A stretch of DNA of 64,000 nt from Stramenopiles sp. TOSAG23-6 (taxonomy: Eukaryota), in contig LT635913.1 of the NCBI GenBank assembly GCA_900128565.1, forward strand, positions 1-64,000. Direction: 5' to 3'. Of the stretch, positions 44,436 to 55,078 are shown one piece after another (the first letter of the stretch is position 1; each line of letters begins with the position of its first letter). Below the pieces are notes generated by a model. The model saw only the letters and a program-made list of their open reading frames with translations, ran no database searches and was not told where the DNA came from. Made by a program: the position numbers and the translations under genes.

Positions 44436-45456
44436 TCATAAAATTGTCTCTGTTCTTTTTTTAGTACTACTTTGAACAATTTCTGCAACGCCACCCAAAT
44501 ATGGTTGGACAGCAAGAGTCCAATTACATGATCCAGAGACTGACGTCGATCCAATTTTTATATCATTCTTAAAGAATATTACCTTGATATTATCGTTGCA
44601 CACATTTTTGTGATTTTTTTGATTTTTTTGATTTGTTTTATTTTCATTTGCAACAATTTTTACTCCAATGGTGTCACCCTCCGTATATACGTTTTCATTT
44701 ACGCTGTTTTTTTCATCAACACCAAAAGACGTTTCTTTCCTATTATTCATCAATACTCCGCGTGAGTGCCAAACAATAGCATTTGGTGTTCTACCCAAAC
44801 TTTTGAATGGTGCTTTCATGCTGTTTTTTGCAATTCCTATTAAAATGTGTATAGTACTTGAATTATAATATTAATAAATAAGAGTATAACTATGACGGAT
44901 AATATTATATTTTTCAGTGCAAAATGTAGAAAATACCAGCAAAACCACCAACACCATTTTTGATTACTTTGACCTCCCAATAGCATTGAGGTTTTTCTTT
45001 ATTATACACTGCCAGACATGCACCATAGCCTGCTTGGCGAGTAGTCGCCACAACCGTTCCCATAGGAGAGATATCGAGATGTTGGTGATGTCTTCCCCAT
45101 ATACAACTCTGCAAATCGCGCTCATTTTTGTTTTGCTCTATATCTGAGAAAAGTTGCTGTGTCCAAAGCGGTACTCGTAATTCAGATATTTTTCTCGGCG
45201 TTTTTGTAATGCGTTTCACCGGTATTTTAGTGCCGTCCACTGCGATACCTCTAACCCGACGCGACCTTCGTTTTGGTAGAGGTGCAGTATTCTCTGTTTG
45301 TTTCTTTTGTTTATGAGTCAGTGTTCGCTTTTTTGGTTTACCGATTACAGCTGTATTTTTATTCGGGTCTAATCCAAGACTCCGTAAAACTGCTTCATTC
45401 TTTTTTATGTTTTCAAGGCGCCTTATTTCATAATTTGATAGTGTTTGCATTGTCAT
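44436..45456 (-). CDS. SPRY-like domain protein with LSNYEIRRLENIKKN N-terminal motif; 2 exons (45456-44937, 44836-44436)
   Basis: YWEVKV...GFAGIA...GDTIGVK...VIFFKND; GT-AG intron restores the frame. Confidence 0.72.
44837..44936 (-). other. Intron GT-AG, 100 nt, non-family
   Basis: GCT G|GTATTT...TTTTAATAG|GA ATT joins two ORFs in frame. Confidence 0.75.
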
Positions 45457-45713
45457 ACTATGTCAAATTGCCCTTTGGGATTCATTGATTCATTATAATA
45501 AATCGACAAGTCTCGCTCCTTTAGGATTAAGTTTTTGATGTTCGAATTTCCAAGGATTTTTGAAAATTTTGACCCGCGCTCTTTTTTTGACCACGTGTCA
45601 CGGGTGTCAGTTTTTTTTTCGTTTTTTTTAAACCACTCAAATTTTTTTGTCCTTCGTGAACACAACCAACAAATTGTATTAAATATCGCCTTCGTGTGAT
45701 ATTAATTTTCAAA

Positions 45714-48299
45714 ATGTATCGTTTTCGACAATATAGTTTGTCTCATATTCGGCATGATAGAGTTTTATCGCGTATTATGCCATATAAGGCTTTTTCTTCT
45801 ATATCTGATGTCTTTGAATCTTTAGAATACACAACAGCACCAGAGAATGACGAAGCTGCCCGAGCTTGGCTGGCTAGTCATGATCATACATTCGGAATGT
45901 TCATAAATAATAAATGGCATAAACCCGAAAATCGTGAAATGTGTTCATCATTTTGTCCTGCGACTGGCGAAAAAATAGCAGATACTTTCCAAGCAAATAG
46001 TGACGATGTAGATGCTGCGGTTTCAGCGGCACGGGAGAGCCAAGTTAGTTGGGCAGCACTCCCTCCACATGCGCGATCACGTCATATGTATTCCATCACC
46101 CGGCATTTGCAAAAGCACCAGCGATTATTAGCCATCATTGAAAGTCTTGATAATGGGAAAACTATTAGAGAGACACGAGATGTTGATATTCCTTTGGCAA
46201 TTCGTCACTTTTATTCTCATGCAGGTTGGGCACAAGTCATGGATCGTGAATTAGCTGATCAGAAACCCCTCGGCGTCGTTGGACAAATTATTCCTTGGAA
46301 TTTTCCGTTTTTGATGCTCGCTTGGAAAATTGCCCCAGCAATAGCAATGGGTAATACGGTTGTTCTAAAGCCTGCCCCATCAACAAGATTAAGTGCATTT
46401 CTTTTTGCAGAAATTTGTGTTGAGGCTGGAATTCCCCCAGGTGTAATTAATGTTGTATCTGGTGATAATGAAATGGCTACACATCTTGCAGCACACCCTG
46501 ATTTAGATAAGCTAGCATTTACTGGATCAACAGGTGTTGGAAAATATCTTCGAGAAATAACAGCTGGTACTGGACGAAAGTTGTCTTTAGAACTTGGAGG
46601 GAAAAGTCCAATCATAGTATATGATTCATGTGATGTAGACAGTGCTATTGAAGGACTTGTTAATGGTATATGGTTCAATCAAGGTCAAGTATGTTGTGCG
46701 GCGTCGCGGTTATTAGTCCAAGAAAGTATTGCTGATACATTTCTAAAAAAGTTAAAACAAAGAATGAAAAAACTTCGTCTGGGAATGTCGTTGGATAAAT
46801 CTGTTGATATGGGACCTTTAATTAATGATACACAAAAAGCTAGGGTTCAAGCATTTATTGATATTGGTAAAGACGAAGGTTGTGACATCTTTCAGACAGA
46901 GTATCCATCAGAATTAAATGATCAAGGAAGCTTCTTCCCACCGACACTTGTGACTAATGTACAGCCAACATCATCATTAGTTCAAAATGAAATATTTGGG
47001 CCTGTATTAGTGACACAATCTTTTAGAACTCCAGAAGAAGCAATTGCACTTGCAAATAATACTAAATATGGTCTATCTGCTGGTGTCTGGACGGAAAACA
47101 TTGGTTTAGCAATGGAAGCAGCAATGTCAATCAAAGCAGGTGTGGTTTGGATAAATTGTCATAATTTATTTGATGCAGCTGCAGGTTTCGGTGGATTCAA
47201 AGAATCTGGATTTGGACGAGAAGGTGGAAAAGAAGGGTTGTATCAGTACACTCGTCCTGTGTGGGAAACTCAGGAGGTTGATGGTGTTTATAAGGCAAAA
47301 GAAATTCCTACAGCTTGGAAAGATAATGAAAAATCTTGGGGTCGAGCAGCAAATGCGAATCCTATAGAATTTCCAAATTCTCTTGGTATTCATCTGAAAC
47401 AAATTGATTTACCCTCATCAAAGACATTTGATAGAATGAATCTTTTGCCTACTATTGATAGAACACCAAAAATGTACATTGGAGGGAAACAAAAACGTCC
47501 AGATGGATGCTATGTAAAACCAATTTATTCATTTGATGGACATTTATTAGATCAAGTAGGTGAAGGAAATCGTAAAGATATTCGAAATGCAGTAGAAGCA
47601 GCACGAAATGCTAAACCAGGTTGGGGTAAAAGAGCTGCGCATAATCGTGCACAAATACTATATTATATTGCAGAAAATTTAAATATTCGTCGAGAAGAAT
47701 TTGGGGAACGTATTGCGCATATGACTGGTGAAACGCGAAGTGAAGGTATTAGAGAAGTAGATGCTGCAATAGATAGATTATTCACGTATGGTGCATATGC
47801 AGATAAATATGGGGGTAATGTTCAAGAAACTACTTTGTATGGATTAACAGTGTCTATCAATGAACCTGTAGGTGTAATTGGTATTATTTGTCCTGATAAA
47901 CAACCATTATTAAGCTTTGTTTCACTCGTAGCACCTGCTGTTGTTAGAGGTAATACTGTTGTTGCTGTACCCAGTCAAAAGTGTCCTTTAGCAGCTACTG
48001 ATTTATATCAAGTATTTGATACATCAGATCTACCTGGTGGTGTTGTCAACATTGTAACAGGAGAGACAGACCCATTAGCTAAAACATTAGTGGAACATCA
48101 ACATGTCGATGCAATATGGTATCATGGAAGTGCGGAAGGGTCATACCATGTGGAACGTTTATCCTCGGGTAATATGAAGAGAACTGTTGTTAATTATGGA
48201 CGAGATAGAGACTGGTTCGATGAAAAACAAGGTGCGGGTGAATCTTTTCTAATGGATTCAACTGAAGTGAAGACAATTTGGGTTCCAATGGGAGAATAA
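45714..48299 (+). CDS. ALDH16-like two-domain aldehyde dehydrogenase with presequence
   Basis: IIPWNFP, FTGSTGVG, LELGGKSP, NQGQVCCA, EIFGPV, then a second ALDH-like domain (DRTPKMYIGGKQKRPDG...KTIWVPMGE). Confidence 0.9.
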   Translation: MYRFRQYSLSHIRHDRVLSRIMPYKAFSSISDVFESLEYTTAPENDEAARAWLASHDHTFGMFINNKWHKPENREMCSSFCPATGEKIADTFQANSDDVDAAVSAARESQVSWAALPPHARSRHMYSITRHLQKHQRLLAIIESLDNGKTIRETRDVDIPLAIRHFYSHAGWAQVMDRELADQKPLGVVGQIIPWNFPFLMLAWKIAPAIAMGNTVVLKPAPSTRLSAFLFAEICVEAGIPPGVINVVSGDNEMATHLAAHPDLDKLAFTGSTGVGKYLREITAGTGRKLSLELGGKSPIIVYDSCDVDSAIEGLVNGIWFNQGQVCCAASRLLVQESIADTFLKKLKQRMKKLRLGMSLDKSVDMGPLINDTQKARVQAFIDIGKDEGCDIFQTEYPSELNDQGSFFPPTLVTNVQPTSSLVQNEIFGPVLVTQSFRTPEEAIALANNTKYGLSAGVWTENIGLAMEAAMSIKAGVVWINCHNLFDAAAGFGGFKESGFGREGGKEGLYQYTRPVWETQEVDGVYKAKEIPTAWKDNEKSWGRAANANPIEFPNSLGIHLKQIDLPSSKTFDRMNLLPTIDRTPKMYIGGKQKRPDGCYVKPIYSFDGHLLDQVGEGNRKDIRNAVEAARNAKPGWGKRAAHNRAQILYYIAENLNIRREEFGERIAHMTGETRSEGIREVDAAIDRLFTYGAYADKYGGNVQETTLYGLTVSINEPVGVIGIICPDKQPLLSFVSLVAPAVVRGNTVVAVPSQKCPLAATDLYQVFDTSDLPGGVVNIVTGETDPLAKTLVEHQHVDAIWYHGSAEGSYHVERLSSGNMKRTVVNYGRDRDWFDEKQGAGESFLMDSTEVKTIWVPMGE

Positions 48300-48475
48300 A
48301 ACTTTACTTTTTTCTTTATTTACATCTTAAAGTAAGAGATTTTTATGTAAGAAAAAAATACGTAGAGATTTTGTCTTTTCAATAAATTATGAATACAAAT
48401 AGAAAATATTCGAAAATATTCGAAAATATTGATTCAAAAGTTTTATTTCTTTTAAAAATATTGAGAAACCACTTG

Positions 48476-50086
48476 CTACTTTTTGACTGAACTTTGCTTA
48501 TTCGTTCGGAAAACAGTATCTAGATTTTTCTTTCCAGCGGGCGTCAAATTGGGATATATACACATTCTCATTTGTTCTTGAAATACTTTCTTTTGATCGT
48601 CCGTCAACAATGGATACAGACTAGTCCTCTGCTTCCTGAAGTATTCATTCACACGTCTTCTGCTGAAAAGAAATCCACGATTTTTGCTGTTCAAATCTGA
48701 CAGCTTGGAGTACATTACTTTCATTCTTTTCGAATCTGCAGTGATTCTTTCGTTCAGCTTTTTCAATTTTGTTGCTTCTTGATCCAGCATCAATTTCATT
48801 TCTAATCTCGCTTTTTTTTGGTGATACGCTAACTTTGACTTCATATCTTTATTCTTTTCGTTAATGATATTAAAGAGACATGAATTAAGAATTTTCATAC
48901 GCGAATCATTATTACCGCTATATCCATTATTATTATTATTATTACCATTTGATATTTGTGAAATTCGGCGTTTCTTATTGCTTCCATTAGAATTCTTCTT
49001 GGTTTCACTCATTAAAAAGGCAAGCACACCTTCAATATCATTCTTTAAATTAAATTTCTTTGAACGTCCTGAATAATATGGCGCAGTTGCCAAATGTTTA
49101 CTTATTCCTTCTATACATCTTTCTTGTAATGAAGCTAAAACATTATTCGGCTTTTTCTTACCTTGAAGAATCCATTCATTTCCAGCTTGAGGATATCTAA
49201 ATACGCAGTTTAGCATTTTTAATGCTGTGCCACAATCCAATGATGGCATCATAGTAGGATTTGCAACTCTACTGATAAATTCTGCATTGACCTCTTCATT
49301 ATGTAAATTTCTAGAACAATACTCAGAAACTACACGACAAATAGCATAGGATTTTCCTGAATAATAAACTTTCCAATATTTTTTATCATTAGCATATTGT
49401 TCAATAATTTTCCAGATCTCAAGAAATAATGGAACAGAGAACTTGCAAATTAAATTTATTGGCGCTTCGAGTTCTTTCATCTCGTAAGTCACATAACGCG
49501 CACAGCCTGGCGCCGTCGTTGTCGTCGACAACGACAAGCAACGAAATTCTAATAAAGATTGTGCAGTTTTTTTTAGTGCTACTGCTAAAAGCTTTTCTAA
49601 GGAATAAACACAGGCTTCTTTCACATATACAACTGCGTTATACTCGGTACAAATATCTTTTTCCATAAATGCAGTGGTTGCTTTATCAAGCTCACGGCAT
49701 CTAAGATATTGAGCAAGATAAAACAAAGGAACCACGTTTTCTGTTGTTGCCTTAAATGTACCATGATAAACAAAATTAAGAAGAGAAGGAAATGCGGTGA
49801 CAGCTGATTGTTTCATAACCAGTTTGCTTTCATTTCTCCGATTTTCAGAAAACGAATCATTTTTTAATAACGTCGAAAAATACTCTAGTCGACGCGCCCC
49901 TCCTGCAATAACGTTTTGGTGACAATGATATGATGTGCCAATATCATCACTCCCTTCAGTTTCGACTATAATTGTCCAGTTTGAAAAGCAATCAGATTCA
50001 TCCGTGTGCCAAGTAAGCATAAGCTTTTCTTCAGGAGGATCATCAAAATGGGTGAATCCTCCAAAATCATTTGATTCATTTGACAT
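48476..50086 (-). CDS. BTB/POZ-domain protein
   Basis: FSNWTIIV...YHCHQNVIAGG...EYFSTL...FPSLLNFVY...LAQYL. Confidence 0.8.
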   Translation of the reverse strand: MSNESNDFGGFTHFDDPPEEKLMLTWHTDESDCFSNWTIIVETEGSDDIGTSYHCHQNVIAGGARRLEYFSTLLKNDSFSENRRNESKLVMKQSAVTAFPSLLNFVYHGTFKATTENVVPLFYLAQYLRCRELDKATTAFMEKDICTEYNAVVYVKEACVYSLEKLLAVALKKTAQSLLEFRCLSLSTTTTAPGCARYVTYEMKELEAPINLICKFSVPLFLEIWKIIEQYANDKKYWKVYYSGKSYAICRVVSEYCSRNLHNEEVNAEFISRVANPTMMPSLDCGTALKMLNCVFRYPQAGNEWILQGKKKPNNVLASLQERCIEGISKHLATAPYYSGRSKKFNLKNDIEGVLAFLMSETKKNSNGSNKKRRISQISNGNNNNNNGYSGNNDSRMKILNSCLFNIINEKNKDMKSKLAYHQKKARLEMKLMLDQEATKLKKLNERITADSKRMKVMYSKLSDLNSKNRGFLFSRRRVNEYFRKQRTSLYPLLTDDQKKVFQEQMRMCIYPNLTPAGKKNLDTVFRTNKQSSVKK

Positions 50087-50700
50087 TTTCTTTTAAATAA
50101 TTGCGTGTAAGAAGAACGTAAAGAAGTGTAACCGGTAATGTTTAGCTATTGTACTAAGAGAATCTTATCCTTGATCTGATGATTGACCGAATCAGATTCT
50201 TTCAAATGAAACTGAATTGAAAAAAACCTCCGATCAAGAAAGTTCTCAGTCCATTTAGGAAATTTTAGATAACAACAAACAACAACTGTAGTATCTTTAC
50301 AATTATCTAAAACGTTTCAGCGAACGTTATTCAACGATTACTTAGTTCATTGTTCACTTACATCAATTATATTTCCTACAAATTCACGATTATCTTACTC
50401 AAACGGGTGAGACACTAAAGAGAAACCATCTCGGGCTTACAGTCCTCGGTAGGTCAACGCCCAAGAAGGCTCGGACGCAGGCCAATTATTACAAGACAAA
50501 ACAAGAACACTCCAGTAGTTTCATCTTCTGGAAGAGTTACCCGTAGTCAATCTAAATCCACTACTATAAAGCGTGCTCGGGTTGATTCACCTGTATTGAA
50601 TATACGAAATACTCGGAGAAGAAAAAGTAAAAAACAAAAGCAACGGCCTAGTTCAGCTTCAGCAACGTCGAAGACTAAAAAAAGATCAAAACGGGCAGAT

Positions 50701-52911
50701 ATGAAAAATGGAAAAGAAACTTCTGAAGCCTCTACATCTACAAAAATCAAAATGAAAAAGTTTCAAAGTAAATCAAATATTGTGTCCAGCGATGGGTACT
50801 TGACAGTTTCACCTTCAAATTCTTCTACTGGAAATTCGTCAGCTGATCATGTAGAATTTAAAGTGCAAGCACCTGAACTCATTCGTATAGTCCTCCAAGG
50901 CTTGTCGGAGTTAGGCTATTACAAAACTGCGGAAACTCTCTCTAACGAGTCAGGTGTAACAATTCACTCTGAACAAATGGCGCTATTTCGTAGAAGTATT
51001 TTAGACGGGGATTGGACTCTTTGTTTAGAATTGATACCTCATTTAAAATTTTCTCAAACTTCTCAGTCTTCTCAAACCTCACAAATTGAGTTGGCTCGTT
51101 TTTTTATATTAAGAGAAAAGTATCTTGAACTTTTAGAACAAAAGAAAACCACAGAAGCCATCAAATGCCTTCGAACAGAACTGTCTGAGAGTTCATTACA
51201 TAATTCCTCTAAACAAAATTCTGCTGTTCAGGACAACAATGCAGCAATTAGATTTGGTGACCAAAGTTGTTCTCAAATGTTTGATAGTTGTCAATCATCA
51301 ACTGTATTGAACAGCTCAAGATTAAAAACCCTATCCCCTTTGGTTTTGTGTAGTACTAAAAAGGATTTATTGCTCAAGGCCAAATGGGCAGGTACAGAAG
51401 GCGGGTCTCGTATACATTTATTAAACAAATTCAATACTATATTGCAGCATTCAACCTTAGTACCAGAAAGTCGTCTTCGTACATTACTAGGTCAATCATT
51501 ACAAAATCAAATTGGAAAATCGTTATACCGTAGACCGAGGCATCAGCCATATTCCCTTTTGAATAATAACAAATGCATGCCACCTAAATTACCTACACGG
51601 GCTGTGTGTGTTTTAGAGGAGCATAATAATGAAGTTTGGCATATAGAGTTTTCAAAAGATAGCAACAAAATGTGTTCATCATCGAAAGATGGTACGACTA
51701 TAATCTGGGATACAAGAGCTATTAAAAACGATCAATTTACTAAAGGATTTTTGCCTGTTCCTATACTTCATAAGCTAAAGCCTCACGAGACAAAAGATAT
51801 ACCAGTGATGTTTTCAACATGGAGCCCAGACGATTTACTGATTGTGACTTGTCATGGAGATGGAAGCGTCTATCTTTGGGATGCGCTATCAGGTGATACT
51901 CGGTATAAATTAGTCGGTCATACATCTGCTGTAATATCAGCAGCTTGGCTTCCTGACGGGAAAAGTTTAGTCACAGGTGGAATTGATAAAAAAATTATAC
52001 TATGGGAAATAACGGAAAATATTCCTTCACCTCAAAATGATGTTACTATTAATATCATGAGTAATACACCTAATGGTACAACAAATGAAACAACAAATGA
52101 AACAACAAATGATACAACAAATGATACAACAAATGATACAACAAATGAAACAACAAATGAAACAACAAATGAAACAACAAATGGTACAACAAATGGTACA
52201 ACAAATGAAACAACAAATGATACAACAAATGATACAACAAATGATACAACAAATGATACAACAAATGATACAACTGATGGTAATATTACAGATACATCAC
52301 AGAGTTCAAGTTCATCATTTGATACTGAGTTAGCAGATGTTGGAGAGTTGGTTGAAGGGACAGAAAATATACCAAGTTCAAGCAACATAAGAATAATTTC
52401 TCCAACATACTTGTGGTTAGGTGTTCAAGTGAATGACATTGTTTTAAATCATTCTGGGACTTCTGTGATAGTAGCAGGTTGCAATAATCAGGTGTATATG
52501 TATAATTTAGTAAACCGCCAGAAAAAATCTGAAAGTTTTATAAAGGAAAGTGGGTCCGTCATGTCAATGAAATTGACTGATGATGGTCGTTATCTTTTGT
52601 TAGCTATTGCAAATAAAGATATACAAGTTTGGGATATACAAAAGCGCAAGTATGTACTAAACTTTAAGGGTCCTCGCTTAGGCCGGTATGTCATTCATTT
52701 TGCACTGGGTGGTGAAGGACAGTGCTTACTAGCATCTGGTAGTGAAGATTCTCAAATTTATTTATGGTATCGAATTACGGGTACTCCTCTTTCAGTGTTA
52801 TCTGGACATGCAGCAACGGTGAATTGTGTGTCATGGGCAACAGTGGATTCAGGAAAATCACCTATATTAGCTAGTTGCAGTGATGATCATACCGTTCGCA
52901 TTTGGCGATGA
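50701..52911 (+). CDS. WDR26: WDR26/Gid7-like CTLH-complex subunit (LisH-CTLH-WD40); N-terminus may extend upstream
   Basis: IRIVLQGLSELGY..TAETLSNESG, FRRSILDGDW, KYLELLE, VPESRLRTLL, HNNEVW, ASGSEDSQIY, GHAATVNCVSW. Confidence 0.85.
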   Translation: MKNGKETSEASTSTKIKMKKFQSKSNIVSSDGYLTVSPSNSSTGNSSADHVEFKVQAPELIRIVLQGLSELGYYKTAETLSNESGVTIHSEQMALFRRSILDGDWTLCLELIPHLKFSQTSQSSQTSQIELARFFILREKYLELLEQKKTTEAIKCLRTELSESSLHNSSKQNSAVQDNNAAIRFGDQSCSQMFDSCQSSTVLNSSRLKTLSPLVLCSTKKDLLLKAKWAGTEGGSRIHLLNKFNTILQHSTLVPESRLRTLLGQSLQNQIGKSLYRRPRHQPYSLLNNNKCMPPKLPTRAVCVLEEHNNEVWHIEFSKDSNKMCSSSKDGTTIIWDTRAIKNDQFTKGFLPVPILHKLKPHETKDIPVMFSTWSPDDLLIVTCHGDGSVYLWDALSGDTRYKLVGHTSAVISAAWLPDGKSLVTGGIDKKIILWEITENIPSPQNDVTINIMSNTPNGTTNETTNETTNDTTNDTTNDTTNETTNETTNETTNGTTNGTTNETTNDTTNDTTNDTTNDTTNDTTDGNITDTSQSSSSSFDTELADVGELVEGTENIPSSSNIRIISPTYLWLGVQVNDIVLNHSGTSVIVAGCNNQVYMYNLVNRQKKSESFIKESGSVMSMKLTDDGRYLLLAIANKDIQVWDIQKRKYVLNFKGPRLGRYVIHFALGGEGQCLLASGSEDSQIYLWYRITGTPLSVLSGHAATVNCVSWATVDSGKSPILASCSDDHTVRIWR
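52072..52279 (+). repeat. 12-bp coding tandem repeat (TTN[D/E/G])n, about 17 units, inside a WD40 loop
   Basis: acaacaaatga(t/a) and acaacaaatggt repeated. Confidence 0.95.
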
Positions 52912-53025
52912 GATTTTTAAGTGTTTATGTTCAATATTGAAAAATTAAAAAAAAAATTCATAAATATTATTTTGAATCAACTACTATTTACTAACATTTA
53001 TATTTCCAGGTTAAAATTTACATTA

Positions 53026-53745
53026 CTAAGAAACAGTTTCATTATTTTTTTCAGTGTTTTTTTCTACTTCTGTAACTATGTCACTTCCTTCAGTCTCTAC
53101 ATTTTCTCTCTTTGAAGACACAGTTTTCTTACCTCTGAAATCTTTAATTCTTGGAAATTGTGCAGACGCTACGGTATTACTGATGGTGTAACCAAATACA
53201 GTTGGCGTGTACGATATATCCAATTTAGGGGGTACATATTCGGGATATGACATAAGCAAGAAATGTGGGAAAGAGCAACCGAAATACGCTCCATCTACAT
53301 ACCTTGCTGCTACTGTCATTGGTGGAACAAACACATCCTGACATTTAGGACAGTATACCATAACCCTTTGTTCTCCAGGAATATCAGATAACCCCACGGG
53401 CAGGACAGGATAGTTATTACACAATATACGTGGACAATTGCCAAAATCCTCATTCTTAAACTTCTTAAACATAAGTTGCTGACCGTGCGTCGTCAATAGA
53501 AAACGAGCGTGTATACGACCGTAAAGGTCCATACACTCTTTACGACTCCATTCCTCTCGGTTCCAGTCATCTGAAGAAGAGTCTGAGTTTACATAATCGA
53601 GAATAATATTGAGGCACTCTGCAAAGTTATGTACTTCAAGGGAAAGTCCATATAGGTTAAAACGACTCTCGATAAAAGAACGATCTACTTGACAGAAAAA
53701 ATCGTGGCCCTCCATAGAGCCAAACCACTGAATCCAGTCCGCCAT
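53026..53745 (-). CDS. CSNK2B: Casein kinase II regulatory beta subunit
   Basis: WIQWF..GHDFFCQVD..FI..FNLYGL, LYGRIHARF, FGNCPRILC, YCPKC, DGAYFG. Confidence 0.95.
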   Translation of the reverse strand: MADWIQWFGSMEGHDFFCQVDRSFIESRFNLYGLSLEVHNFAECLNIILDYVNSDSSSDDWNREEWSRKECMDLYGRIHARFLLTTHGQQLMFKKFKNEDFGNCPRILCNNYPVLPVGLSDIPGEQRVMVYCPKCQDVFVPPMTVAARYVDGAYFGCSFPHFLLMSYPEYVPPKLDISYTPTVFGYTISNTVASAQFPRIKDFRGKKTVSSKRENVETEGSDIVTEVEKNTEKNNETVS

Positions 53746-54198
53746 TAGCCCAAAGAATAAATATACGTATACTGTACAAACGATTCAATACCTCACTGAT
53801 AAATATGGGCACAACACAGTGTGATAATAGCTTGCCTTAATCTCGATTAATATTATTATAAAAGGGTCCACCCTCTTTAGGTCTTGCCACACTCCTGATT
53901 ATTGTTCGATACTCCCGATATATAATATAAACCGCGATATAGTATCTCACCTCGAGAGCTCGCTCAAAAAAAATCGAATGTTTCAAACACGAAATATTTA
54001 GTATTATTGTACAAAAAAAAATTGAAGCTGACTCTCACAATCTAAATCGTTCTTCAATCAAGAATACTACGCGAATACGACTACGGTAGCTATTTTACTA
54101 GCCTACGTAGCTACAAGTACTAAATTCCTAGTTTAGTATTACAAAAGCGCTTGAAAGATCCTGTACAATTATCGAAATTATTCCTTGTAAAAGATAGA

Positions 54199-55017
54199 AT
54201 GTTTTTAATGCGTTCTAGATATTTAGTGCATTGTATGCGTATTTCTACTCCATTTGCGCGTCGAAGGAATAGGTTATTTATATCATCCAGCAGCTATTTC
54301 GACCGCAATTTTAGTATTTTTCCGGATAATAAAAAAGAGAAAGATAATCTTTCTACAAAACAAGAGCATGACACTCTTGATCAAGAGAAGTTTTATACAA
54401 TGGGTCCATTACGCATTCGTGCTGTAAACGTGAACCTCCCAAATGCTCTGACAATAGCACGCATTCTTGCTTCACCTCCTTTATCTGTGTTATATTTACA
54501 AGGTTATTACAAGAGTGCCTTTTTTTTATTCATGTCTGCTGGTGCGTGCGATTTTTGGGATGGTTATCTAGCTAGAAAATGGAACCAACAAACTGTGTTG
54601 GGTGCTATGCTTGATCCAGTTTCCGATAAAATTCTAGTCGCAGCATTAGCCTTGCCTATGGCGTATGACGGTACTTTACCAATATGGCTTGTCACTTTAA
54701 TTATAGGACGTGACGTTGGTCTTGTTGCTGGTGGTTTCTGGCATCGCTTTCGAACAAAACAGCGTGATGAATTTCTATTTGATACAAAAAGAGTGAATTG
54801 GACTGTGGAACCAACATTTGTAAGTAAGTGTAATACAGCTGGTTTAATTGCACTTGTAAGTTTTGGCTTAACAAATAGTGCATTTTCTTTACCTGGTGAT
54901 TTTCTTATACAATGGATGTCGTATGGAGTAGGTTGTACTACTGCTTGGTCTGCTGTCGAGTATATTAATATGTTTGTAAAGAATGACGCTTTCAAAGATC
55001 GAAAGCGAGTCGATTAA
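54199..55017 (+). CDS. Cardiolipin synthase (CDP-alcohol phosphatidyltransferase, CRLS1-like)
   Basis: NLPNALTIARI, DFWDGYLARKWNQQTVLGAMLDPVSDK, IIGRD, PTFVSKCNT. Confidence 0.88.
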   Translation: MFLMRSRYLVHCMRISTPFARRRNRLFISSSSYFDRNFSIFPDNKKEKDNLSTKQEHDTLDQEKFYTMGPLRIRAVNVNLPNALTIARILASPPLSVLYLQGYYKSAFFLFMSAGACDFWDGYLARKWNQQTVLGAMLDPVSDKILVAALALPMAYDGTLPIWLVTLIIGRDVGLVAGGFWHRFRTKQRDEFLFDTKRVNWTVEPTFVSKCNTAGLIALVSFGLTNSAFSLPGDFLIQWMSYGVGCTTAWSAVEYINMFVKNDAFKDRKRVD

Positions 55018-55078
55018 AATGATGAATTTAAATATAGTAAAATTTTGAGACTAGAAACGAAAAATAATTTTTAAAAAT

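Noticed and set aside
39668-48299. katG/nitroreductase/ALDH16 as bacterial contamination
   Set aside because: katG carries an intron, the genes are interleaved with bHLH and SPRY genes, two have presequence-like leaders, and there is no operon structure.
52072-52279. Tandem arrays (also 37227-37450 and 61750-61930) as CRISPR or satellite DNA
   Set aside because: No unique spacers; unit lengths are multiples of 3 inside eukaryotic ORFs and encode low-complexity peptides. The overlapping short ORFs are shadows.
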